Shown: positions 1-11,943 of the stretch, one piece after another
Position numbering within the stretch: the first letter of the stretch is position 1
How the letters are laid out: each line of letters starts with the position of its first letter
DNA from: Bugula neritina
Lineage: Eukaryota > Animalia > Bryozoa
Direction of reading: 5' to 3'
DNA: 64,000 nucleotides
NCBI GenBank assembly: GCA_964035545.1
Contig: OZ037769.1
Coordinates: forward strand, 5,685,929-5,749,928
The notes under the pieces: model-generated
Seen by the model: only the letters and a program-made list of their open reading frames with translations
The model's database searches: none
Told to the model about the DNA's origin: nothing
Translations under genes and position numbers: made by a program

Positions 1-703
1 TCAGTATCAGTATGAGTAGCTACTTAAAGCTCTTAGTATAACTAAGTCTAATAACTATAAGTATAGCTAGAAAATTAAATAAGTTAAAGCTATCGAGAAT
101 GAGAATCGTTACTAAATTAAAATTGACTAAAGTTTAATCAACTAAAAGTATTACTATTACTATAACATCAGTATAAGTATAAGTATTATTATTACTATTA
201 CGTCTATTAGATTTAACATATACTGTAAATCTGTGATATAGTAATTACTATATTCAAATTTTAATTCATAGTCATACTCATAGTGAATGATACTGAGTCT
301 AATAGTAATAGTCATACTGATACTCTGATACTCATGCCCATGGTCATACTCACTTACAGTTACACTTACAGTTAGTGTTACTGCATAACTATAAGTTTAG
401 GACAATCAATTAAAAGTATAACTTAGTTATACTTATAATTGATTGTCTTGTTATTAACTATAACTTATAACTTATAAGAAATAAAACTAACATTAAGTCA
501 ATACTAACAGTAATTCACTGAATGATAAAAAAAAATTAGCTTCAAGATAGTTATATTAATATTATTATTTAAAAGCCAAAACCAATTTGAAATTGAAGTT
601 CAACTTCAAGTTGAAATTCAAATTGAAGTTCAAGTTGTTCACTTTGACATTGTGATTGACTTTCAGAATGAGAATTGTTTTAGTTTCAGTTTACATTACT
701 TAC

Positions 704-716
704 CTCTGTTGGGCAT
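704..716 (-). CDS. Possible tiny first coding exon (MPNR+1 nt) of a gene continuing left of the window
   Basis: Minus strand reads ATGCCCAACAGAG|GTAAGT (consensus donor) with an in-frame stop just upstream. It lies in a very AT-rich zone like the one around translin exon 1. Confidence 0.3.
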
Positions 717-2783
717 AATCGGCTAATTCACACTATGTAATTTATGGTTGAAGCCTTGAGAAGCTACTTGTTCTTGTCATATACTAAATCATTATGGTTA
801 TTTATTGTATTTAGTAATTAATTATATTAATATATTAATTATCATTATGAATTAATCAATTGAATACGTGGAAATTGGACTCAGGAAACTGCCGAGAAGA
901 AAAAATATTTGGCACTGGCTCAATAGTCTTAGTATTAGTATGCCTGTAAATCTTATCCAGTTTCTATATTCGACTTTCTATAAAAAGCAGGCGATTTTTA
1001 GGCAAGCTTTTGTACTGATAACTCCTCGTAGCACTTCCTCATTTTCCATGAAATTTAAACTTTACTGTCTCTACAAGACAATAACTATTTTATGGATATT
1101 CACAGAGGTTATAATTTAAAAATTATAACTGATATAGTATACTGCTTTATGATTTTTATTATATAATAGTTTATATATACTGATCACATATAAACTTGAT
1201 ACTTGTATTAAGATGCTTCGTTACTGTATAATAGTATATAATTTAATAATCCTACTAGCATTGTGAAGAAGGAACTAGTGAACAAAGTTTTAATACTGCT
1301 ACACGGACACACCCCCATATAAATAGTTAAAGTAATGGTAATGCCAGTGTCCATAACTTGATATTGAGCATTTTGTATGCGTACTGATGGTGGTAAGCAA
1401 TAATTTAATAAAACTCAGTTCCTCACTTTTGCATGCTTTCATAAATTTGTTTTAGGATAAGTTTATTCTAATTCCAAGATGGCTAGTACATGCAATGAGA
1501 GATTAAAATTGTTAGCAACTCTGAGACAAGTGAAACTGCATGTACAACTATAAAGAAGTATGCTGCCTGCAGAATCCTATATACCACAGCCTGACAGCAA
1601 TAGTTATGCCTGAGCAATGATGCCAAGATGCATACGGCTGCTGCCTCCTTGATAACTTCAATGGATGCTCAAGTTTATGAGATTCTAAAGTAAAAAACAT
1701 AGTACATTAATTATTGATCCAACCATATCCATTTTCAAACTTAAAGTCAATATTTTCATTATATAGACAAATAGTTTGAAGCTAAAACTTATATGGGATA
1801 AAGTCCTAAAGACAAACTTTTCAAATTTCACAACTGTTTTGCAGTTTACATTAGGATAAAAGCAATAATGATATATATGATGATTAAATGCCTATAAAAT
1901 TTGTATAGCAATGAAACATTTAGTAACTTTTAAAAAGCAATCATCGATTTATTATTTAAGGAGGTGTTATTATGTCATGCATGTACTTTTAAAAAAATTT
2001 AGTAAATCCTAAGGAAACTGTGCAATTTATAAAATGAACAAATTAAGTTAAATAATACTCATGGTGTGTCTGGCCTACAGGTTAATAGAATCTGAGTGCA
2101 ATGCTGTATAACTAGCTAGCTATTCAAGGTCTTTATAGGGAAACATAACAAAGCGTGTGAATTTAAAAAGGATATTGGGTTATCATTAGTGTATGGTCGA
2201 GTGGTGATAAATGGAACTATTTTAGGTTACGGCGACGTTACGAGTCTCCCGGGATGAACATCAAAAATAATATTATTGATTTCTCTAAACTTGTCCTAAC
2301 TTTACAATATATATACACTTGCATAAACATTATTTGAACTCCATCAATATTGGTATGCATTTTTTTAAAACACTCAACACAATAAACTTAAAAATTATCT
2401 TCTACTTGATCAGGTATGTAAATTCATTTTCTTATATATCAACTATATAAAATATTTGTTATAAAACGAAATTTTTCTTAAATCTAATTACAAAGTAAGT
2501 ATGGTAAATATTTTCAAGTGTTTTATATCAAGAAAAACTTGCTTGTTTTAAAAAAATAGATTTATATTATATTAGCAGTTAAAGAATATTTCATTTATAA
2601 ATTATAGATATCTAATATATTTTACTTTTAGTTTGCACGCAATAAACAATTAATTGTATAGAGTTATTTTAAAGACAGTGAATTTTACACCAACTAGTTT
2701 AAATTGCATCTGAACATACAAGCAGCTAGTCACCCATCTATTCTATACAACCACGATCAATGCAGGGAAACAGATAGTTAATC

Positions 2784-4180
2784 ATGTCACTAAGAAGAAG
2801 CAAGTACCAGAGATTAGTCTCAGCTCCACGTTATCTGAATGGGAGGGCATGTGGATACACCTACTCTGTAGAATCGAGAAACCAGTCTTGCAAGAGAATA
2901 TCAGAGCGTTTCACCAAACACGCCTTGGCACAAAACAATAGTTTAAAGTGCAATTTGAATGATGAACAGAAGAGAATAACCAGGAAGGCTCAATGGCAGC
3001 TAGGTAACAAAATATGAGTCTTTTCGGAAAGCTTAAGACCTCACAGAAAATAAATTCTTTCATTTTATACAAAATTTATATTAAATTATTAAAGTTACCG
3101 TTTTATTCATTTGTTCAAAAAGTGTTAGTCGAAGTTTCCAAGAAAAATATCAACTATAAAAATTGTTTGTGGCATAGCTTTGTGTCATTAAACGAATTAA
3201 CTATATAAACCATGTAAAGTTTTTTAGTCGGTCCTCTCAGTCTTTGAGCCTCTGTGTTCCAAGATATTCTATGTTACATTTGCAACACCTGCTATAAACC
3301 TAGAACCTTGTTTTTATATACTTAATTATCATAAATAACAGACTAAAACATACTAACAATACTACCCTAAGCACATTAAAAGTAATATTTTTCTAGTTTG
3401 CTCTCATCAGTCTGAATGGCTGAGACATGACATAAGGATGGGGTTTATTATATAGTATAGAATGATCAGCAGTGGCCTAGAGGTTTGAACACTGGCTTAG
3501 TAAACATAAAGTCAGCAGTTTGATTTCCAGTAAAAGCTACTATACTGATTTTAGAAAGGGCATTCAGTAATAATTGCTCCTTTGCCCTAATAGTGAAAAG
3601 GTGCTTAGCTATACTTGGCAAATCCCTTTCCTTTAGAGGTTGTCACAGGGATGGCGACTATAAACCCACATGGGTGAGTTTATAAATTATAGAATGTTTT
3701 ATAGACGCACATGACATATAACTATCTATGTCATTAGATATCTTACAGTAATTATTTATATTCCTAGGTAAATTAGAAGAGGCCATTCTGACAGAAAAAA
3801 GTACGTTATGTCAACATCGATCTTATCAAATTGTCTTAAAAGCTGTGCAGCAGCAAGAATTGTCTTCGTCCTTATCTCAAATAACTTCATTGCGAGGGGT
3901 GACAACATCAGCCCTAATTACTCAGCTAACGGATGAGGATACTAGTCTATATGGTAACTATGGTGATACCTGCTATGAGAAGTTACTGCCTGAGATTGAG
4001 AGTGTGCGTGCCATCAGTACAAACAGTTCAAAGAGGAGGCAACTTCGAAGTAGAGCTCTGTTGAGCACAGTCAAACCTATCCCATATCTTGACACAGCTC
4101 TTTCAGATTCCAAATACTTTGCGTTGGCTAAAGAGACTATTTATAGAACAGATAGGTCTGTCTGCAAGCTGGCAACATAG
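2784..4180 (+). CDS. Uncharacterised ~210-aa protein; join(2784..3003,3768..4180)
   Basis: Two track ORFs join in frame through a phase-1 intron (CTAG|GTAACA ... TTCCTAG|GT), reading ...KAQWQL-G-KLEEAILTEKST...VCKLAT*. AATAAA follows near 4446. No domain recognised. Confidence 0.6.
3468..3680 (+). mobile_element. SINE-like repeat (degenerate tRNA-like head plus conserved tail), family A copy 1
   Basis: A-box-like AGTGGCCTAGAGG and degenerate B-box. The tail (AATAGTGA..CTTAGC..TCACAGGGATGGCGACTA..GGGTGAGTTT) recurs at 43553-43637 and inverted at ~50218-50345. Confidence 0.55.
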
Positions 4181-4588
4181 TTTTTATCATCAGTTTAGGT
4201 TGAAAATAGGTGCAATAATGAAGAAATTGAGAAAATAGCCTACATGTGTTCTAGATTAGAAATTTAGCATAAGAAGTTATGTTCTCGCGAGAATTTCAAC
4301 CAGTGCCAGAACCAAAATTTAACAACAAAATTAAAGAACTTGGGCTATCTTAATTTCTCAACTACTGCTCCTAAATGTTAGGTTGTTTGTTGCGATGTAC
4401 GTCAAGTTAGTCAGCTGCTTCGATAGATCGAACAGTAACCAATACAATAAAATAATGCTTATTAATTATGATTTTAGCTTTTGGTTATTATAGCAATTTA
4501 ATTTTTATCAAGTTGATTTCCTTTGGAATCTGCTCCAATTATATGATATCTACCACTGCCTTCTAGCTAATCAGGTTGCACTAAGAAA

Positions 4589-7500
4589 TCAATTTAAGCC
4601 CAGTGAGCCATGGCTGAAATAAATTTGCATGATGCTAAAGAGCAAAAATAGACAGCAATTACTGGAAATAAAATAACTGCATCTCACACAACCAATCACT
4701 GTGCTGGCTGCTAGATGTAATGGCTATTATATGTAACAATCATTCTTTCTTTATTATATAAAGTTATTGAATTTACTATAATGAATTGGTGCGACATAAT
4801 TTGTGTTTAAACATCACAAACTTATTGATATGTAATTTTTCCTTGATGAATTAATTTAGTATATATTGCTAATAAAGAAAGTTGTTTTGCTTGGTATGCT
4901 TATTTGTTGAGTTTAATACATGAAAGTATTTCTAGCAAATGAAATAAGTGCCTATAATCTTTCTATATCAATTATTAATTATCGGTAACTGGTAAAAGTT
5001 GTTACATTAAGTTTTCTAAAACTTAAAAAGCACATCCTGTTGATAAAAGTTCTTTTAGATGGTTGAGTTACCAACTGCTGTAGTCATAGTGCTGTTTACA
5101 CTTGGGATTACAGTATTGTTCATAGAACTACCCTGATTGGCTGAAAGTGTAGTTCTTGTACCCACATGGCTACTTGATGGAACACTACCAGATGAGACGT
5201 GTGTAGATGAAGCCATTGGAGAGGGTAAACTTGCTGTTGTAGGGCTACTTTCAGTCGTACCCTCACTAGTAGTGGAGTTGGTCTCAGAACTATTTGCTGC
5301 CGTAGAGATGACAGCAGATGCAGGTAATGCAGAGGTAGTTTGAGTTGCTGTAGGTGTGTTGGGTAGTGAGAATAGAGTACTTGAGAGTAGATTAGCCAAA
5401 GTTGTAGTTGAGCTTGTTACTGCATCTATAAATAAAAATCTGAAAAAATAAAACTTACAGTTTTGTGCATAGTTGATGCAGATATTCCAAGCATGAGAAG
5501 TTCTCTTTTAATAAATTAAAGCAAATTTACCCTTTAAGTATACCATAGCAAACTATTTTATTCTATTAAAGTAACAGTTAACAGAGACTTAAAATAAGTT
5601 ACGATGGCAGAGAAAACAATACTATAATACTTTTAGGAAAGGATACAATTTTCACTATCTTGTTAGAAGACTTTTAATTTTTGACACAAATGCTGTAATT
5701 ATTTATGAATGAGCATCTTTGAAAGCTGTATGCATTGTCAACAACTATTTTTGGCTCCACTTTAGCATTATTAAGTAGCTTTTCCAAATTTACATTAATT
5801 TTGAAAAATTAAAAGTAACTGAAGATCAAGTATTATATTTTCTAGTGCAGACTATAAATTAAATATAGAAAGATTACTTGAAATACTTGCCTGGTGAAAT
5901 GGAGTTATTTGATGTGGAAGGAGATGTAGGTGTAGTAGTAGGATTTGCTACAAGATAAACTCAAGCTCAAAATTGGTGAAAAACTGTTACATACATGAGG
6001 CAACAGAGATGGTCTCATTATATAATATTATATAATATACTAGTCATAAATATTACTATAATATGTTTATAATAATAGGTATGCTGCAACAACACATTTG
6101 AAAAAAAGATATAAATATTTTGATATGCATTGTTTGAGATCAGAACATTACCCTGGATTACCAAATGTTATACAAGGACTGTTCAATATTTCACTCAGCT
6201 ATATATATAATATAACTGTACATATTAATTTGTTACCTATACACTGTATACTGTAGTCATAAGTGTGCATTGTATTATGTATACTAAGACATAGCCATGC
6301 CTATACGCTGTGTTATATACACTATATACTCTAGTCATACCTCTACATTGTATGCTGGAAGCACACAATGGATCCCATCTCCCTGACGGATAGCAGTAAC
6401 ACCGAATACCAGTTGTAGAAGAATAGCCATCAGCACACTCTTGCCGTATCGTCTCCCCAGGGTATACAGGGTGAGAAAAACTTACCACTCGTGTGTTTGG
6501 AGCTTGAGGTGGTGTGCCGCATTGTACTCTAGATTTGCTTATTTCTAAAAATCCCACCATCAATTTGATTAGAAATATGTTTTGTAAACCATAGTTAGTT
6601 TGAAAAAAAGCAACTTATAAATTTTATATGTTGTATGTACCTAATGCTATGTGTAATTTTTGTTAAACATTTTTTTACAAAAACCTTGAGAATTATATTT
6701 TGCTTAGTTTTCTTATTTTCACTACTAAAAAACTTGATGAGTATACAATGTACATGGCAATATTCATAATATGAAACTAGTACCTTGGTGAAAAGATTAT
6801 GACCAGTGTAAAACTAACAGTATAGATATATTCATATATTCTATGATATATATTTTTCTTTCATAGGAAGGCCAGGCTAGCATAAGCAATGCATTAAATT
6901 GAACTGGTACAGTCATAAGTTCCGTTTATAATTGCATCTTAGAGAGATAAAAATAACCTCCTATGGGTACTTGTGATGTTAAAGTTTACAATTAAAGTTT
7001 ACAATTCAATATAAACATAAAGTTTTTCCCAAACCTCTTTCACAGAGAAATGATGGCAGCAACCAGTTTTTGTTATCTCCACACTTGATGGTCTCAATGG
7101 CACCATCTCTGGTCAAATAGCCACATTCTTCTGATACAGAAGAGTTGGTAGGCACTGGTAGAGTTGAAACTACAAGGTAACAAACACAAGAGATGGATGT
7201 GCAGAAGTTAGTCATTAAAGGACCGTGAATAACATGGCTACCTGGCACTAATAAACTGTGATGGTAAGCAGTAAGTTGTAGAGGTGAACACACCTAGATT
7301 CATATAACGCTAAGTTGTTGAAAAATAGTGACAAATGTGGTTGTTAGGAGAAAAACATTTTAGTGTCTAAATTAAACTGTTCAACTTGACGTGGTTCCAG
7401 GTAAAACTGTGAAAAGTATATTATCAAAATAAAAATAGTTGCTATGCGCATCGCCAGCAGGTAAAAAGAATAATATTATTAGGTAAACCTGCATCATTGT

Positions 7501-7639
7501 CTCCCCATTTCCATTTTATTTGATAGCCATAACTGCCACCAATCCAATAGTTTCCTGCAAACCTTCTCTCTTGGCCAGCCTCTCGTATTATGTATTCCGT
7601 CAATGAGCTTATCAGGTACTACATTAGATAAAGAAATAA

Positions 7640-7688
<49 letters not shown>

Positions 7689-10600
7689 CTAAAAACATGA
7701 AATTAATAACTTGCTTTGTATTCAGTTAGACTGTGTAGTACTAGAATAGATTTACCTGTGAGTCTGGTTGTGCCAGGTTCCCTCCTGATGTTTCGCATGC
7801 CGTGTTGGCATCATTCCAACTTATTCCTCTCCCCCTGCAGTATGTAGTCCAGTAGTTGTTGTCTTGATGACCAGGTCTCTCCTATCAACAGCAATTTGAC
7901 TTTTGTTTTACCAATTTGTAAACAAACCACGGAGATTTACATTCAAATCTACACATTCCACACATCAAACAGCGTTGAGAACTCATTTCACGTGTTAAAT
8001 TATTTAATTATAAATACCCGGGACTGCTGATACAAAACTTTACATTGTAAAAAGTCTCATCAGGTAAAATTCCAACTATTCTAGTGATCAACCATTGAAT
8101 TATGTTCAAATGCTGTTAATTAAAACAATAAGTTTTCTATACATGTGAGTCACTTTGTTCCACTAACCTCATTCCAGGAAGTACACTTGCCATCGTGATC
8201 TTCGTGATAGCCTTTGGTCTTGTATTCAAAGCAAGATCCATTGAGAAAGATATGAGGATTCACAGTCTGTGCACAATTTCCAACATCTAACATAAATACA
8301 CTCCACTGTACAGCACATTTAGATAATTTATTTTTTAGCAGTTTAATATAATATTTTTCTAGCTGGCTTATGCAAATGATGCAAGAGCTGTTGTGCAAGG
8401 AAGATTATGAGTTTAATGAGGCAGAGGTGCAGTATAAAGAAAAATCGACAATAATATAACGAAAAAAAAAATGGTTTCTTTATATTTTCAACCAGCACAC
8501 CAAACCAAATTTCATAAAAAAACACCTAAAACACTAAGTTATTAAAATTCTTCCCGTAACCTCCTGGTGTCAGTAAATGCCTCTTTTCTATCTCATTTCC
8601 TGGTTTATAATACTTTATAATAATAGTATATTGAGAGTGCATGCTTTTTAGCAAATATTGTGAAACAAAATAAATTTATACAAAGTGTTAAAAAGAAATT
8701 ATAGTAATTTTAATTGCACTAATTGCAATGTTACTGCAACAGTTGTTAACAGCTTAATTGATAGTGTGCAGAAATGCAGTGAATTCTGCTTAGCTTAAGG
8801 TTATAACTCACACTGACAGATATATATACTCTCTGTATTACTCACACTGACAGATATATACTCTCTGTACTACTCACACTGACAGATATATACTCTCTGT
8901 ACTACTCACACTGACAGATATATATACTCTCTGTATTACTCACACTGACAGATATATATACTCTCTGTATTACTCACACTGACAGATATATATACTCTCT
9001 GTATTACTCACACTGACAGATATATATACTCTCTGTATTACTCACACTGACAGATATATATAGATATATATACTCTCTGTACTACTCACACTGGCAGATA
9101 TACTTGTTGACAGACCAGCCATCAGGATCTTCATACACATTAGAGGCGGACGAGATTCTCCATTTATAGCCGTCTGCTTTCCTCAACTGTATGCGATCCG
9201 TTTTCTTGACCGGGTTTGGGGGTTGATGGGCTGCCCAAGAAAACTCTTTGATTTCTGAATTATCTGGAGTTTAATTACATGGTGAAATAATAACATGGTG
9301 TAATAATATAACAGTATTAATAAATAAATGCATTTGAAATCAAAAGTAACATATGCCTATAAAAACAAAGCAAGTCTAGCATAAAGAATATATTGTGTTA
9401 AAACATTTAAGTACATATTTGCTTTCTTTTAATAATCATGCTATTCAAACTCTAGCTGTCATTTATACTTTTCATATAATTCCTAACTTCAAAATGGCAT
9501 GCATTCTTGTCTTTTCTTACATAATTTAATTAAAATTAAATTAATTTAATTACAACACATTGCATAATTGCTATGCATTGAGTTATTAATTTATAGCAAT
9601 ATTTATATTTCAAGCTAGTATATCTCTATTTAAAGGTAGTATATTTATGTTTGTAGTTATTCATCTATAACTATTGCTAATATAATATCTATACTTGTAG
9701 CTATTATAGCTATATTTCACCTGCCCAAAGCCAAGCATATTCATATTCACTGTGACCCCCAATCCATGCCCTGTCCATGTAATTATTTACCAGCAAATTC
9801 TTAGCGTTTCTTACCACAGAGTCATCTATAAAACATATTTGTATGCAGGTACAAGGCACAAGGAAATTTTTATTTCACTACTGCAGTCATCTATTTTGAT
9901 GAGGATTCAATATGATGCAAAATATAGAGAACATAGCATAACAGTATAATAAAGAAAGGGTGATGTTTTACTATTTGTGAACATTGAAAATAAATTTGTT
10001 AACTTTTTCCCTCTTTTAAAGTGTTATTTGTGCAAAAAGGATATACAATAATAACATATTACAGTAATACGCAGCTACGGTTACCGGTGTAAAACTATAG
10101 CTTGTCTGGATGAGAAAGTAATACTCAACTAACCTACTAGTGTGACCAGAGTAGAGTTGTCTCCACATTGTTTGGTAGCGTCTTCCCATGACGCAACAGT
10201 TTGTCTCAATGTTAGACATTTATCATTGTTAAGAATTTCGCCAGAGCATATCTCTAGTCTCGCTATTTTAGGAAATAAAATGTTTATCCTCTGTTATATA
10301 AGAGTGCACATGGAAATATGATAAATGGTATCTTCAACTGCACACTCAAAATGGTTATATACAAACTTTCAGGGCCAAAATGTTTTAAATAATTAGAAAT
10401 TCTCAGTGACTGAGATAATAAAAATTTAGCAACTTGATCATATGATGATCTCAATATTTTACTGTACAATTATTAAACTATTTTTACTTTGTTCTCAAGG
10501 CATAAACATAGGAAGTGGTTCAAGTCAAAACAACAGCATTGATAATGTTAGGAAATCATTCAGTCATAAATGTTCCTGTGCTACATTAGAAACAGAATTA

Positions 10601-11943
10601 TTCTATAAGCAGCTCCAAGTTGGGGGTGACTGAGTGCAGTGGCTTGAGGTTCTTAAGCTTAGAGTTGGAAATATAGGTTGCAACTTTTACCTCCAACTCC
10701 GAACTTGAGACCTCAAACTATATTTCACTCAGTCACCCCCTGACTCTGGACTGCCTTTAGATGATTTCTTAGAAACAAGTTCTTGGTCCAAACCCTTATC
10801 ACCGAGGGGTAGTGACTGTAAACCTGAAAAATAATTGCCCCCACTGGGAATCGAACCCAAGACCTCTGGCTTGCAAGCAAGTGTGCTAATCATTACACCA
10901 CGGGGACCACTGGGTAAACTCAACACTGTAAACCCACATGAGTTTATGCTCTCAACATTTGTAAGAACATGGGAGAATGAGACTCACATTTACAAAGAGG
11001 AGGGGTTCCGCTCCAAGTTCTGCTTCCACAAGTTCTGACAGGGTCTCCTCCGTCCAACACATAGCCACTCTTACACATGTATGTCACTGTAGAGTTCTTA
11101 GAGTACACCAGACTGTCTGGTGTTATCTTGGAAAATGCTGGAATTTCTGGTCGGTAGCATAGCCTAGCAGATTCTGTAACATTTAGCCCAGATTTATTAA
11201 TATTGATATAGTGTACTAGCTGTATAGGTATAGTGTACTAGCTGTATAGGTATAATGTACTAGCTGTATAGGTATAGTGTACTAGCTGTGTAGGTATAGT
11301 GTAATAGCTGTGTAGGTATAGTGTAATAGCTGTATATATAAGTATAGTGTATATTAGAAGTATAGGTATAACATGTAGCTGTATACTGGAATACTAGTAT
11401 AGCTGGTGCAGCTTTATATTGTAATGCAATAGGTTCCATTCTACACTTTATATATAGCATAATTATTGTTGAAATCTGTTGAAACTAAACATACAAATTC
11501 ACATTATTGGTTTGATTTGTGTTCTTGTTGCATGGTAAACTATGTAGCTAAAATATAGCGACCATGCCCCTGTTAATATATTACACCAGAAGTGAAATCA
11601 ATGAAGTGGGAATCAATGAGTAGGTTTTATGAACAATTACAGAAACGATTTTAAGTTGATGTTGAAATGAAAAGTGAAGCATGAAATATTACTACTCTGT
11701 TTTCATGTTAATATATGATGAGTTTGGGTAAGTAATTTAACAGTAGCAAGTATTTGACTCTCTGTTTCTGAAGCAAAGAAAATTCACTATTTTCAGAATG
11801 AAATCAACAGATGGAACGAACACAAATAGCCAGTGTTACAAATTATAATATGTTTCACAGAAGATATACTTACCGACAGAATGTTTAACACAAATAACTA
11901 GGAAAAAGACCAAAACGCTGATGGTAACTGATTGAGACGCCAT
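4589..11943 (-). CDS. Secreted or GPI-anchored sushi(CCP)/C-type lectin/mucin protein, ~636 aa; exons 11874..11943, 10988..11173, 10134..10262, 9721..9825, 9090..9263, 8168..8286, 7756..7881, 7489..7618, 7035..7169, 6341..6544, 5891..5947, 5072..5425, 4589..4710
   Basis: Signal peptide MASQSVTISVLVFFLVICVKHSV. CCP1: CYRPEIP..VTYMCKSGYVLDG..RTC..WSGTPPLC. CTL1: SWEDATKQC..AWIGG..KYICQ. CTL2: SWNDANTAC..YWIGG..FLCE. CCP2: CGTPPQAPN..ECADGY..GRWDP..C. Then a Ser/Thr stalk and a hydrophobic tail. All junctions are phase-compatible (total 1911 nt). The last exon is less certain. Confidence 0.85.
7646..7685. repeat. (TA)n microsatellite
   Basis: Uninterrupted TA run. Confidence 0.95.
8806..9102. 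repeat. ~30-34 bp minisatellite (ACTCACACTGACAGATATATATACTCTCTGTATT), about 9 units, overlapping an exon end and its donor
   Basis: Direct tandem units that differ in TA count. The last unit is the coding end (YICQ) of exon 9090..9263. Confidence 0.95.
10596..10770. mobile_element. Hairpin MITE-like element, copy 1 (diverged)
   Basis: Long imperfect inverted ends (TTCTATAAGCAGCTCCAAGTTGGGGGTGACTGAGTG / CACTCAGTCACCCCCTGACTCTGGACTGCCTTTAGA). Homologous to 55969-56123. Confidence 0.75.
10836..10907 (-). mobile_element. tRNA-derived SINE head or tRNA pseudogene (family B)
   Basis: 72-nt cloverleaf with A box TGGTGTAATGA, B box GGTTCGATTCC and a downstream T-run. The anticodon loop has only 6 nt (TTGCAA) and the stem has a mismatch. 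A related copy lies at 36920. Confidence 0.75.
11205..11350. repeat. 22-bp minisatellite (GTGTACTAGCTGTATAGGTATA)
   Basis: About 6 tandem units next to the acceptor of the CCP1 exon. Confidence 0.9.

Noticed and set aside
8806-9102. Array of tandem micro-exons
   Set aside because: Each unit has AG and GT sites, but the gaps between them are only ~13 nt, too short for introns, and there is no pyrimidine tract. Only alternative donor use is plausible.
10836-10907. Functional tRNA-Ala or tRNA-Cys gene
   Set aside because: The 6-nt anticodon loop, stem mismatch, altered D-loop GG and a degenerate sibling copy favour a SINE or pseudogene.
10729-11162. ORFs over the tRNA-like element and antisense to the CCP1 exon
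   Set aside because: Explained by the SINE/MITE and by the true minus-strand exon 10988..11173.
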